DNA of 64,000 nt. Origin: an uncultured Oscillospiraceae bacterium (GTDB lineage Bacteria > Bacillota > Clostridia > Oscillospirales > Acutalibacteraceae). The notes beneath the pieces were generated by a model, which had not been told where the DNA came from, did not search any database, and saw nothing but the letters and a program-made list of their open reading frames with translations. Shown here in pieces: positions 47,846-57,238 of this stretch (position 1 is its first letter; each line of letters starts with the position of its first letter). Made by a program: the position numbers and the translations under genes. The stretch is taken from assembly GCA_900541905.1 (NCBI GenBank), contig UQLQ01000001.1:19759-83758 (forward strand), in the 5' to 3' direction.

Positions 47846-48634
47846 ATGTATATCGAAATTCAAGACGCTACCAAAATATATGAGAAGCCCGGTGGATTTC
47901 GCTCTTCCAGAGAAAGCTTTACAGCGCTTGACCACATTTCGCTTCAAATAGAAAAAGGTGAATTTATTTGTTTGCTGGGACCTTCCGGCTGCGGAAAGAC
48001 CACCTTAATGAATTCTATTGCGGGTTTTGAAACATTAACAGAAGGAAGCATTACCATTGATGGTCAAAAAGTAAAGGCGCCTTCCGAAAAATATGTCACA
48101 ATTTTTCAAAATTATGGTCTTCTCCCTTGGCGAACGGTTGAAAAAAATGTAGAATTAGGATTGGAAACCTTAAAGGTTCCAAAACAAGAGCGAAAGCAGA
48201 TTGCTATGAAATATTTGCAGCTGGTTGGCTTGGAGAATTTTGCAAAACGACATCCGGCACAGTTGTCCGGTGGACAGCAGCAGAGAGTAGCAATTGCCAG
48301 AGGTCTTGCAGTTGACCCTGAAATTTTATTTATGGATGAACCGTTTGGAGCCTTGGATGCAATTACGCGTTACAAATTGCAGGATGACCTTTTGCATATT
48401 ACAAAATCTCAAAATAAAACAGTGATTTTTGTAACGCATGATATAGATGAGGCTGTGTTTCTGGCAGATAAAATTGTGGTTATGAGTCCGAATCCGGGTA
48501 GAATAAAGTCTGTTATACCAATTGGGCTGGGGAGTCACCGCGACAGGACCGGAGGAGATTTTCTACAGCTGAGAGACAAGGTTTTCCGTATATTTAATAT
48601 GAAGGAAGAAGACAACACCGAGTATTACATTTAA
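47846..48634 (+). CDS. ABC transporter ATP-binding protein, NitT/TauT family
   Basis: Walker A GPSGCGKTT, signature LSGGQQQR, Walker B ILFMDEP. Confidence 0.88.
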   Translation: MYIEIQDATKIYEKPGGFRSSRESFTALDHISLQIEKGEFICLLGPSGCGKTTLMNSIAGFETLTEGSITIDGQKVKAPSEKYVTIFQNYGLLPWRTVEKNVELGLETLKVPKQERKQIAMKYLQLVGLENFAKRHPAQLSGGQQQRVAIARGLAVDPEILFMDEPFGALDAITRYKLQDDLLHITKSQNKTVIFVTHDIDEAVFLADKIVVMSPNPGRIKSVIPIGLGSHRDRTGGDFLQLRDKVFRIFNMKEEDNTEYYI

Positions 48635-48649
48635 TCACTAGAAAGGGAA

Positions 48650-49567
48650 ATGCTCATGACGCTACTACATTTAAAATATGCGGTCAAGGTTGCAGATGTC
48701 GGTTCCATGAATGAAGCTGCCAAACAATTATTGATATCACAGCCAAGTTTATCTGCAGCAATTCGAGCTTTGGAAGAAGAAACCGGAATTGATATCTTCA
48801 AACGTACCAATAAGGGTGTATATGTGACTGCAGAGGGAAGCGCTTTTTTGGAACATGCAAGATTCATTGTTGCGCAATATGATTATATCGAGCATCAGTA
48901 TGTGCGTGCTCATGAAAAAAAGAAGCGGTTTGCTGTATCTACGCAGCATTATGCTTTTGCGGTAAAAGCGTTTATCAATACAGTCAAACAGTTGAATTTA
49001 AGTGAATATCAAACTGCTATTCGTGAAACCAGAACCGGTGAAATTATGAAAGATGTTTGTGCGTCAAGAAGTGAATTGGGTATTATATATTTAAGTAAAT
49101 CCAATGAAGCTTACATGAAAAAAAGACTGAAAAATGATAATTTAGAGTTTCATTATTTATTTGAGTGCAGTATTTACGCCTATTTATGGCATGAACATCA
49201 GCTAGCTCATAAACCTTCCATCAGTTATCAGGAATTACAGCAGTATCCTTACTTGATATTTGAACAAGGGGAAAACAGTGTTTCTTTTTTATCAGAAGAA
49301 ACGGAAAGCAAATATACGTTTCCTGATGTGATACGAACCAACGACCGCGCAACGATGATGGAATTGATTCGTCAAATTCATGCTTTTACCATCTGCTGCG
49401 GTATTATGGATGATGTTTACAAAAAGCAAGGCTTTATCGCCGTACCGATTGATACAGATGAAACTATGAAAATAGGTTATGTCACGTTAAAAAATGCAAA
49501 ATTATCTCCGGTCAGCGAAGAGTATGTAAGGCAGTTGAAAGTGTTCGGCCAGAATTCCAATGTATAA
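48650..49567 (+). CDS. LysR-family transcriptional regulator
   Basis: N-terminal LysR helix-turn-helix with a substrate-binding domain. 305 aa. Confidence 0.85.
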   Translation: MLMTLLHLKYAVKVADVGSMNEAAKQLLISQPSLSAAIRALEEETGIDIFKRTNKGVYVTAEGSAFLEHARFIVAQYDYIEHQYVRAHEKKKRFAVSTQHYAFAVKAFINTVKQLNLSEYQTAIRETRTGEIMKDVCASRSELGIIYLSKSNEAYMKKRLKNDNLEFHYLFECSIYAYLWHEHQLAHKPSISYQELQQYPYLIFEQGENSVSFLSEETESKYTFPDVIRTNDRATMMELIRQIHAFTICCGIMDDVYKKQGFIAVPIDTDETMKIGYVTLKNAKLSPVSEEYVRQLKVFGQNSNV

Positions 49568-49583
49568 TGTTTGATAACATAAA

Positions 49584-49618
49584 AAACTCCCTTTTCATTT
49601 GAAATAGGGAGTTTTTTG
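49584..49618 (+). terminator. Rho-independent terminator
   Basis: 9 bp stem aaactccct / agggagttt followed by TTTTTT. Confidence 0.85.
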
Positions 49619-49750
49619 ACTATAAGTCATAAATCTAAATTTGTTTTCAGAAGTACTTTGTATATCATATAAAAACAGAAAATACAAAATTCTCCATATT
49701 GTATTATGGCAGCATTTATTGTATAATAAAGCATTATAATATCGAAAAAC

Positions 49751-50683
49751 ATGGAGGACAGCATGGATTGGACCGAAATTGCCATTACCGTACCGGCAGA
49801 AGATGTAGACCGTGCAGGAGATATTGCGCAGATGGTGGTACCATATGGTATCTATATTGAAGATTATTCCAATTTGGAGCAGGAAGCGTGGGAAATTGCT
49901 CATATTGATTTAATTGATGAAGAACTGTTAAATAAAGACCGCACAAAAGGTATTATACATGTATATATCAGTCCCGAAGAAAATCCTGCGGAAGCCATTT
50001 CATTTTTGCAGGAGCGTTACACTGCAGAAGGAATTCCTTTTACCATTGATACAGCAGACTGCGTTATGGAGGATTGGTTAAATAATTGGAAAAAGTACTT
50101 TAAGCCTATTCCTGTGGGTCAATCTCTGCTGATTCGTCCTACTTGGGAAGAAGATTATGATGCAGGAAACAGAAAAGTGCTGCATTTGGAACCGGGATTG
50201 GCATTTGGTACAGGTACTCATGAAACAACTCGTTTGTGTATGGAACTGTTAGAGCGATATATCAAATCGGATATGGATGTGCTTGACGTGGGATGCGGAA
50301 GCGGTATTCTATCCGTTGCCGCATTGCTCTTAGGTGCAAATTCTGCAGTAGGTGTGGACATAGATGCGCTCGCAGTAAAAACGGCTGTGGAAAATGCAGA
50401 AATTAATCATGTTGCAGATAAGTTTACTGCAATTGCAGGGAATTTGACGGAACAAATCAATGGGAAATACCATATTGTACTTGCCAACATTGTTGCTGAT
50501 GTCATTATGGTGTTAACAGAAGACATTGAACAATATTTATATCCGGATTCCATTTATATTATGAGTGGTATTATTGATACTCGGGAGCAGGATGTCTTGG
50601 TTGCTGTCAGTGAAAAATTTGAAATCATAGAACGCAAAGAAGAAAAAGGTTGGGTAGCATTGGCTGCTAGGCTGAAACGGTAG
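49751..50683 (+). CDS. prmA: Ribosomal protein L11 methyltransferase
   Basis: 310 aa with SAM-binding motif VLDVGCGSGIL, collinear with PrmA. Confidence 0.88.
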   Translation: MEDSMDWTEIAITVPAEDVDRAGDIAQMVVPYGIYIEDYSNLEQEAWEIAHIDLIDEELLNKDRTKGIIHVYISPEENPAEAISFLQERYTAEGIPFTIDTADCVMEDWLNNWKKYFKPIPVGQSLLIRPTWEEDYDAGNRKVLHLEPGLAFGTGTHETTRLCMELLERYIKSDMDVLDVGCGSGILSVAALLLGANSAVGVDIDALAVKTAVENAEINHVADKFTAIAGNLTEQINGKYHIVLANIVADVIMVLTEDIEQYLYPDSIYIMSGIIDTREQDVLVAVSEKFEIIERKEEKGWVALAARLKR

Positions 50684-50689
50684 GGGGAT

Positions 50690-51277
50690 TTGGACATGAT
50701 ATTATCAGGAAGAGAGATTGAACGTGCAGTAGGCACGGATATTATTATAGAACCGTTTGAACGAAGTAAAGTAAATCCGAACAGTTATAACTTAACACTG
50801 CATAATGAGCTATTGGTATATGAAAATGAAATACTGGACATGAAAAAGCCGAATCCGACCAAAAAATTAGTGATTCCGGAAGAAGGATTATTGCTGGAAC
50901 CAAATAAGTTGTATTTGGGAAGAACTAAAGAATTTACAACTACCAGTAAATATGTACCTATGCTGGAAGGACGTTCTTCTACAGGCCGATTGGGATTGTG
51001 TATACATGTAACCGCCGGTTTCGGAGATATTGGCTTTGCAGGTTACTGGACATTGGAAATTTATTGTATTCATCCACTCATTATTTATCCTGATATTGAA
51101 GTATGCCAAATCTATTATCACACCATAAAAGGTGACTATGACTTATACAGCAGCGGAAAGTACCAGAATAACACAGGAATTCAACCTAGCCTTATGTATA
51201 AAGACTTTGAGAAAAAACAAGCTTTAAAACGTGAAACAATGGGTCTGGAAATTCCATCAGATTTGAAAAATAAATAA
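50690..51277 (+). CDS. dcd: dCTP deaminase (dUTPase superfamily)
   Basis: 195 aa with LEGRSSTGRLGL...TAGFGDIGFAG, typical of Dcd. Confidence 0.8.
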   Translation: MDMILSGREIERAVGTDIIIEPFERSKVNPNSYNLTLHNELLVYENEILDMKKPNPTKKLVIPEEGLLLEPNKLYLGRTKEFTTTSKYVPMLEGRSSTGRLGLCIHVTAGFGDIGFAGYWTLEIYCIHPLIIYPDIEVCQIYYHTIKGDYDLYSSGKYQNNTGIQPSLMYKDFEKKQALKRETMGLEIPSDLKNK

Positions 51278-51294
51278 GTGCGAACTTTACTTTT

Positions 51295-51330
51295 AAACGC
51301 AGCTGCAACATTTTCAGCTGCGTTTTTGTT
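51295..51330. terminator. Bidirectional rho-independent terminator (serving dcd on plus and the 92 aa ORF on minus)
   Basis: 11 bp stem aaacgcagctg / cagctgcgttt, with T-runs on both flanks. Confidence 0.8.
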
Positions 51331-51333
51331 ATA

Positions 51334-51612
51334 TTATAAATTATATAATTTATATTTTTGATGAATATAAATGTAAAATGACTGAATCATAAAGATTGAC
51401 ATATCATTTTTTTCTAATACATTTCCATCTGTAAAGTATTCCAGTAAGGGGCAATCGTTGGTTAATAAATGATTGCGTATCCATAGTCCAAGTTCGTCAT
51501 AATACTCTGACAAGTTTTGATAAGGGCAGTCTAAAAATTTCTCAAGGGAATGTGTATCAAACCGTTTTTCTATTTCCAGAAAAGCTTTTTCCATTTCATT
51601 GTATAACTTCAT
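51334..51612 (-). CDS. Hypothetical protein (92 aa), divergent from an XRE regulator
   Basis: An ORF with an acidic N-terminal half and no recognisable motif. It is paired with an XRE helix-turn-helix gene across a palindromic operator. Confidence 0.4.
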   Translation of the reverse strand: MKLYNEMEKAFLEIEKRFDTHSLEKFLDCPYQNLSEYYDELGLWIRNHLLTNDCPLLEYFTDGNVLEKNDMSIFMIQSFYIYIHQKYKLYNL

Positions 51613-51625
51613 GTTATCACCTCAA

Positions 51626-51642
51626 ACTACATTATATCTGAA
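51626..51642. promoter_or_regulatory. Palindromic operator TATCTGAA-t-TTCAGATA (plus a TTTCAGATA half-site repeat at about 51657-51667)
   Basis: Perfect 8 bp inverted arms in the 72 bp divergent intergenic region. A -10 box TATAAT lies at 51670-51675. Confidence 0.55.
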
Positions 51643-51699
51643 TTTCAGATAAAAACCAATATCTTATTTTCAGATATTTATAATGTGGTTGGTGATAAT

Positions 51700-51945
51700 A
51701 TGAAAACAGAGATTCTGAAATATGAGAGAATCAGAGATATGCGAATTGACAGAGGGTTAACGCAAAAAGAAGTAGCCAAAGTAATTAATGTAAAACAGAA
51801 TACATATTCTCAATATGAGATAGGTGTTCTGAACTATCCGTTAGATGTAGTCATTAAGTTAGCTGAGTTTTATGGAACCAGTGTGGATTATTTAGTGGGT
51901 CTGACGGATTGCCCGGTTCCGTATGAGCGAAGAGAACCCAAATAA
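51700..51945 (+). CDS. XRE-family (Cro/C1-type) helix-turn-helix transcriptional regulator
   Basis: HTH motif LTQKEVAKVINVKQNTYSQYE with a short C-terminal tail. The ORF-track start at 51685 is also possible. Confidence 0.75.
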   Translation: MKTEILKYERIRDMRIDRGLTQKEVAKVINVKQNTYSQYEIGVLNYPLDVVIKLAEFYGTSVDYLVGLTDCPVPYERREPK

Positions 51946-51985
51946 AGCGAGTATCATTTGTGATACTCGCTTTATTTAATATATT
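51944..51985. terminator. Bidirectional terminator
   Basis: 13 bp stem aaagcgagtatca / tgatactcgcttt with a T-rich flank. Confidence 0.75.
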
Positions 51986-52030
51986 ATTTTTATTTTTACA
52001 AATATTGTACAAGAAATTTAGTGAAAAATA

Positions 52031-53209
52031 TTAATTTTCATCATTGGGATCATATTCTACATAGTTGCCCAAAAACGAGAAATTAGGAAGTTCTTGAGAC
52101 AAGGAACAAAGTAAGTCCAATGTATCGCAATGATGTACATTTCCGGTAAAATCCAAATAGAAATTATATTTAAATTCTCCGTTATTTCCTTCTTTTAAGG
52201 GACGTGACTCTATTTTGGTCAGGTTTAAGCCTGTCATTGCAAAACGTGCCAGAACGCTGTATAAGGAACCTGTTGTATGAGGCAAAGAAAAGCACAGACT
52301 GATTTTTTCCGCATTCTTTGGAATAATCATTTCTTTGCTTAATGCAGCAAAACGAGTTCTGTTTTGGTTATTGTTTTGAATATCTTCTTGTAAAATGTTC
52401 AGTCCATACATGTTAGCAGCAATGGTGGAACAAATTGCGGCTGCATCAGTTACTCCGTTTTCTTTATCCATTTTGGCCAGCATTTTGGCGGCAACTGCTG
52501 TATTGCTATGCTGAATTGATTTCCAGTTGTGTGAGGAAATCATATCCGAACATTGTGCCAAAGCCTGTGGATGAGAGTATACGGTTCGAATATTCTCAAT
52601 GGTTACTCCTTGCGGTGCTGCTAAGCAATGGTGCACATGTAGAGTGGTGGAACCTACAATGCTAAAGCGATAATTTAAGATAAGGTCATATACTTCAACC
52701 ACAGAACCTGCGGAAGAATTCTCAACCGGCAACAGTCCGAAATCAACGGTTCCGTTTTTGAGAGCTTCAAATACATCTTTAAAACTCTCGTATGGATAAA
52801 CATCGCAGTCAGGGAACAAAAATGTTGCGGCTGCATGGGAAAAAGAGCCGGGAACACCTTGAAATGCAATTTTTTTTCCGGAAGAAACCTCTTTTAAGGA
52901 AGTTTCTTTTTGCAATGCAGTTTGAATTTCGTCGCGAATATCGGTTCCGCTGTTTAACAATTTGTGTTGTCGTGAACGGTTTAATGCCATCAAAGTAGTA
53001 TATAACATTTTTGCTTCCGGTGCAAAATCACCTGCGTCCGCAGCGACACGGGCTAAAATTTCGTTTTCGCGCTGTGCATTAAAAATAGGCAAGCTTAATT
53101 CACGTTTTGCCTGCGCTACATCTTGGGCGCATTTCATACGTTCAATGAATAACGGAAGCAGTTGTTCATCAATTGCGTCTATACGTTTTCTGATTTCGTC
53201 TAAAGTCAT
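52031..53209 (-). CDS. pheA: Bifunctional chorismate mutase / prephenate dehydratase (P-protein)
   Basis: N-terminal AroQ-type chorismate mutase (LDEIRKRIDAIDEQLL), a prephenate dehydratase domain, and a C-terminal ACT domain. The start was set at MTLDEIRK. The ORF-track N-terminal extension is unlikely to be real. Confidence 0.8.
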   Translation of the reverse strand: MTLDEIRKRIDAIDEQLLPLFIERMKCAQDVAQAKRELSLPIFNAQRENEILARVAADAGDFAPEAKMLYTTLMALNRSRQHKLLNSGTDIRDEIQTALQKETSLKEVSSGKKIAFQGVPGSFSHAAATFLFPDCDVYPYESFKDVFEALKNGTVDFGLLPVENSSAGSVVEVYDLILNYRFSIVGSTTLHVHHCLAAPQGVTIENIRTVYSHPQALAQCSDMISSHNWKSIQHSNTAVAAKMLAKMDKENGVTDAAAICSTIAANMYGLNILQEDIQNNNQNRTRFAALSKEMIIPKNAEKISLCFSLPHTTGSLYSVLARFAMTGLNLTKIESRPLKEGNNGEFKYNFYLDFTGNVHHCDTLDLLCSLSQELPNFSFLGNYVEYDPNDEN

Positions 53210-53303
53210 GGAAAACACTCTTTTCTTGTAAAAGTTGGAATATGTAAAAGAATTTGTTTTTATAAAAGAAACCGTCTTTTTTAAAATAAATTCTATTTTC
53301 GTA

Positions 53304-53332
53304 TTGACAAACTGAGTATTTGCTAATAATAT
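53304..53332 (+). promoter_or_regulatory. Sigma-A promoter for acpP (TTGACA-17-TAATAT)
   Basis: Consensus -35 box, 17 nt spacer, and a near-consensus -10 box. It lies 130 nt upstream of acpP. Confidence 0.5.
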
Positions 53333-53464
53333 GTGCATATGGGAGAACGACCGGAATGGATACGGACGTTCTCGACTTGGAAATTGTAACATATTTTATG
53401 TTACTTTGTCCATATTGCGAGATAGCTTGATACGAAAACAAATTTTCTAGGAGGAGAATGTATA

Positions 53465-53695
53465 ATGGTATTTGAGAAAGTAAAAGCCATTCTAAGCGAA
53501 CAATTTGATGTTGAAGAGGATACAATCACAATGGAATCCAACATTGCTGAAGATCTTGGTGCTGACTCTTTAGACGTAGTTGACTTGCTAATGTCTATCG
53601 AAGATGAATTTGAGATTGAAATTCCGGATTCTGAAATTGAGAATGTAAAAACAGTTGGCGATCTTGTAAAATACATTGAGGCTAACAAAGCCTAA
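53465..53695 (+). CDS. acpP: Acyl carrier protein
   Basis: 76 aa with the LGADSLD phosphopantetheine attachment motif. Confidence 0.93.
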   Translation: MVFEKVKAILSEQFDVEEDTITMESNIAEDLGADSLDVVDLLMSIEDEFEIEIPDSEIENVKTVGDLVKYIEANKA

Positions 53696-53726
53696 TTTAC
53701 GCTGATTTTGGCATAAATTTTGAGCA

Positions 53727-53765
53727 AAAGGCACACCGTGAAAATATGGTGTGCCTTTTTTGTAT
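53727..53765 (+). terminator. Rho-independent terminator after acpP
   Basis: 10 bp stem aaggcacacc / ggtgtgcctt followed by TTTTTT. Confidence 0.85.
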
Positions 53766-53887
53766 ACAAAAAAGAAAAAATGCTGAAATTTTTTCATTGA
53801 AATATAATGGTGTAGCCGATATAATATATATTAAGTATGCAAAATCACTGATTGCAATATCAAAGTGAGTTTAGGAGATTAAGGATT

Positions 53888-55333
53888 ATGTCAGAACAAA
53901 AAGGAAATAAAAAAATGGTAGATGCCATTACCCCTATGGAAGAAGACTTTGCCAAGTGGTATACAGACATTGTAAAAAAAGCGGAGCTTATGGATTATAC
54001 AAATGTACGCGGCTGCATGGTCATTCAACCGTATGGATTTGCTATTTGGGAAAACATTCAGCGTATTCTGGATACGGAATTTAAAGAATTGGGACATGAG
54101 AATATTTCTTTGCCAATGTTTATTCCGGAAAGCTTGCTGCAGAAGGAGAAAGACCACGTAGAGGGGTTTGCTCCCGAAGTTGCTTGGGTTACTCAATGTG
54201 GTGACGAAGTATTGCAAGAAAGAATGTGTGTTCGTCCAACTTCTGAAACGTTATTCTGCGACTATTATGCGAAAGTGATTCACTCTTACAGAGATTTGCC
54301 AATGCTTTATAACCAATGGTGTTCTGTGGTGCGCTGGGAAAAAACAACCCGTCCGTTCTTGCGTTCTGTTGAATTCCATTGGCAGGAAGGTCATACCATG
54401 CATGAAACTGCACAAGACGCCATGGCGGAAACAGAGCAGATGCTGAACGTATATGCTGATTTCTGTGAAAATCAACTGGCAATCCCGGTGATTAAAGGGC
54501 GTAAAACCGATAAAGAGAAGTTTTCAGGTGCAGAAGCAACCTATACCATTGAAGCTATGATGCATGACGGAAAAGCGCTGCAGTCAGGTACCAGCCACTA
54601 TTTTGGCGACGGTTTTGCCAAAGCGTTTGATATTACATTCCAAGACAGAGACAATAAACCAAGCCATCCGTTTCAAACTTCTTGGGGCATGTCCACAAGA
54701 ATTATCGGTGGTATTATCATGACGCACGGCGATAACAACGGCTTAGTGCTGCCGCCTGCAATTGCTCCGATTCAAGTTATGATATTGCCGATTGCCCAGC
54801 ATAAAGAAGGTGTATTGGATAAAGCATATGAGCTGAGAGACAGACTGAAGAAAACATTCCGTGTAAAGATTGATGATTCTGAACAAAGTCCCGGCTGGAA
54901 ATTTGCTCAATATGAGATGAAAGGTGTTCCGCTGCGCTTGGAAATTGGTCCGAAAGATATTGAAAAGAATCAATGCGTATTGGTCAGAAGACATGACCGT
55001 GAAAAAATCTTTGTAAGTTTGGAACATTTGGAAGAAGCCATCGCAGAACAATTGGAAGCAGTACGTAAAGGCATTTACGAAAAAGCGTTAAATCGCCGTC
55101 AAGAGATGACCTATACTGCTTCAACATTCGATGAAATGAAAGATATTGCTGAACATAAACCCGGCTTTGTCAAAGCAATGTGGTGTGGAGATTTGGCATG
55201 CGAAGAAAAAATTAAGGAAGAAGCGGGATTGTCTTCCCGTTGCATTCCGTTCGAGCAGGAACAAATTGCAGAAACTTGTGTATGCTGCGGTAAACCTGCA
55301 AAATCCATGGTGTATTGGGGTAAATCTTATTAA
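53888..55333 (+). CDS. proS: Prolyl-tRNA synthetase, archaeal/eukaryotic-type (no INS editing domain, C-terminal Tyr)
   Basis: About 481 aa, class II aminoacyl-tRNA synthetase motifs, a C-terminal zinc-binding domain, and a terminal ...WGKSY. The start was set at MSEQKG. Confidence 0.85.
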   Translation: MSEQKGNKKMVDAITPMEEDFAKWYTDIVKKAELMDYTNVRGCMVIQPYGFAIWENIQRILDTEFKELGHENISLPMFIPESLLQKEKDHVEGFAPEVAWVTQCGDEVLQERMCVRPTSETLFCDYYAKVIHSYRDLPMLYNQWCSVVRWEKTTRPFLRSVEFHWQEGHTMHETAQDAMAETEQMLNVYADFCENQLAIPVIKGRKTDKEKFSGAEATYTIEAMMHDGKALQSGTSHYFGDGFAKAFDITFQDRDNKPSHPFQTSWGMSTRIIGGIIMTHGDNNGLVLPPAIAPIQVMILPIAQHKEGVLDKAYELRDRLKKTFRVKIDDSEQSPGWKFAQYEMKGVPLRLEIGPKDIEKNQCVLVRRHDREKIFVSLEHLEEAIAEQLEAVRKGIYEKALNRRQEMTYTASTFDEMKDIAEHKPGFVKAMWCGDLACEEKIKEEAGLSSRCIPFEQEQIAETCVCCGKPAKSMVYWGKSY

Positions 55334-55414
55334 TCAGCAAATGAATCCATAATGACACAGATACAATAAAATAAGCACTCCATCTATACACTCTGACAGA
55401 ATGGAGGAATTTAC

Positions 55415-56827
55415 TTGGTACAAATAATAATTGCATGTGCAATGGTGGTTATCCTTTGTATTGTTTCAAGTAATGTGCTATATAAGCTGGGTGTTCCAAC
55501 TTTGCTTATTTTCTTAGCACTTGGTATGCTATGTGGTTCTGATGCCATTGGCGGAATCTATTTTGATAACTATGAAATAGCAAAAAATGTATGTTCCGTA
55601 GGACTGGTTTTTATTATGTTTTTCGGTGGATTTGGTACCAGCTGGAAAACAGCAAAACCTGTTATTGCACCGTCTATTTTAATGTCAACGGTGGGCACAT
55701 TAATCACCGCAGGTTTGGTAGGTGTATTTTGCAGCCTTGTGTTTGGCATTGGCTGGATAGAAGGTATGTTAATCGGCTCCGTTGTAGCTTCTACGGATGC
55801 TGCATCAGTTTTCGCGATTTTACGTTCTCGTAAGTTGAACTTAAAAGGCGGTCTGGCACCTATTTTGGAAATTGAAAGCGGCAGTAATGACCCGGTTGCA
55901 TATATGATGACCATTATATTTATGTCGCTTTTGTCGGGCAGCGGAGATGTTTCCATTCCGGTGATGTTGGCAAAACAATTAATCTTCGGTCTTGGAATAG
56001 GCGCTTTACTTGGCAAAATTACAGCGTTTATTCTGCGGAAAGTCGATTTTAAAATTGAAGGTTTATATCCTATTTTTGTTGTAGCAGTGGGCTTGCTTTC
56101 TTACGGTTTGACCGAATGGGTAGGAGGCAACGGATACCTGAGCGTATACTTAACAGGTATTATTGTTGGTAACAGCAAAATCAAACATAAGAAAAGTCTG
56201 GTGCATTTTCTTGACGGTATCTCATGGTTAATGCAAATTATGATTTTCTTCTGTTTAGGTTTGCTTTCTTTCCCTTCAAAATTCGGTACGGTGATACTGC
56301 CTGCATTGGCAATCTCTGCATTTTTAATTTTTATTGCAAGACCAATTGCAACTTTCAGCATTCTGAGCTGGTTTAAATTTCCTGTAAAACAGCAAATATT
56401 TATTTCGTGGGTCGGATTGCGAGGGGCAGCTTCTATCGTATTTGCAATTTTTGCTATGACAGGAGATGCTGTCCTACAGTATGATATTTTCCATATTATC
56501 TTCATAGTGGCACTGATTTCCGTGTCTTTGCAAGGTACATTGCTGCCAACTGTAGCGAAAAAGCTGGATTTGGTGGACGACAGTACATCTGTTTTGAGTA
56601 CGTTTACAGACTATGAAGATTATGGAAGCAAATTATTGGAATACGAAGTAAAGGAAGACAGTCGTTTTTTAAATCAAACATTATTAGAAGCGGATATACC
56701 GGACGGTATTTTAATTGTTATGATAAAACGAAACGGTGAGGTTGTAGTTCCGAACGGTTCTACCAAAATTTTGCTGGGAGATATTTTGGTAATCAGCGGA
56801 ATTGATGCGGAAGATCTAAATATGTAA
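55415..56827 (+). CDS. Monovalent cation/proton antiporter (CPA1, NhaP-type K+/H+) with a C-terminal RCK_C (TrkA-C) domain
   Basis: 470 aa. Twelve or more transmembrane helices followed by a soluble TrkA-C-like domain. TTG start with a GGAGGA RBS. Confidence 0.8.
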   Translation: MVQIIIACAMVVILCIVSSNVLYKLGVPTLLIFLALGMLCGSDAIGGIYFDNYEIAKNVCSVGLVFIMFFGGFGTSWKTAKPVIAPSILMSTVGTLITAGLVGVFCSLVFGIGWIEGMLIGSVVASTDAASVFAILRSRKLNLKGGLAPILEIESGSNDPVAYMMTIIFMSLLSGSGDVSIPVMLAKQLIFGLGIGALLGKITAFILRKVDFKIEGLYPIFVVAVGLLSYGLTEWVGGNGYLSVYLTGIIVGNSKIKHKKSLVHFLDGISWLMQIMIFFCLGLLSFPSKFGTVILPALAISAFLIFIARPIATFSILSWFKFPVKQQIFISWVGLRGAASIVFAIFAMTGDAVLQYDIFHIIFIVALISVSLQGTLLPTVAKKLDLVDDSTSVLSTFTDYEDYGSKLLEYEVKEDSRFLNQTLLEADIPDGILIVMIKRNGEVVVPNGSTKILLGDILVISGIDAEDLNM

Positions 56828-56968
56828 AAAACGATATTTGTCATAAAGCAGTTTTGAGGCGTGTCTGCTAATAAAAACGCCATCCCAAAGCAGAATCTAC
56901 GTATAAATATGTTTGTTACTATGTACTGAAAAAAGTTCTGAATTTTTTGCAAAAAAGCGAAAAAACGC

Positions 56969-56997
56969 TTGCTTTTCAGTGCGTGGTGTGGTATTAT
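56969..56997 (+). promoter_or_regulatory. Promoter of the S10 ribosomal protein operon (TTGCTT-17-TATTAT)
   Basis: -35 box, 17 nt spacer and -10 box about 325 nt upstream of rpsJ. It implies a long 5' leader. Confidence 0.5.
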
Positions 56998-57207
56998 ATA
57001 CGAGCAAGACTGCACTAGATATGCGTTGAAGCGGGAGGTTGCGGCATTTTATGCTGGTTTTTCCGTGGAGTATGTCCGATTTTAAACCGGGCGAAAGAAT
57101 ATTTGATGTTATGGTAAAGGACCAAAGCGCTCTTTGCGTAAATTGTGTCCTGACGGTTATTACGGCCGATTGTATTTGCCATACTCAGACGCTTTTGTGG
57201 ATCTAAC

Positions 57208-57238
57208 CCGGATTAATTGAAAAGTTAATCCGGTTTTT
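57208..57238 (+). promoter_or_regulatory. Terminator-like hairpin inside the S10 leader (candidate attenuator)
   Basis: 9 bp perfect stem ccggattaa / ttaatccgg, an 8 nt loop, then TTTTT. It lies about 85 nt upstream of the rpsJ ATG. Confidence 0.55.

Noticed and set aside
49595-49903. 102 aa minus-strand ORF spanning the LysR-prmA intergenic region and the prmA start
   Set aside because: It overlaps the prmA 5' end in antisense and runs through the strong plus-strand terminator. It is unlikely to be coding.
52031-53392. Full 453 aa ORF-track version of pheA with a 61 aa N-terminal extension
   Set aside because: The extension (MLQFPSRERPYPFRSFSHMHILLANTQFVNT...) has no homology to P-proteins and runs into the acpP promoter region. 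Chorismate mutase homology starts at MTLDEIRK.
53210-53464. A T-box or Phe leader-peptide attenuator upstream of pheA, or a T-box upstream of proS
   Set aside because: No T-box consensus (AATTAGGGTGGNACCGCG) and no Phe-rich leader ORF were found. The hairpin at about 53340-53372 has no following U-tract, and it lies in the plus-strand acpP 5' UTR.
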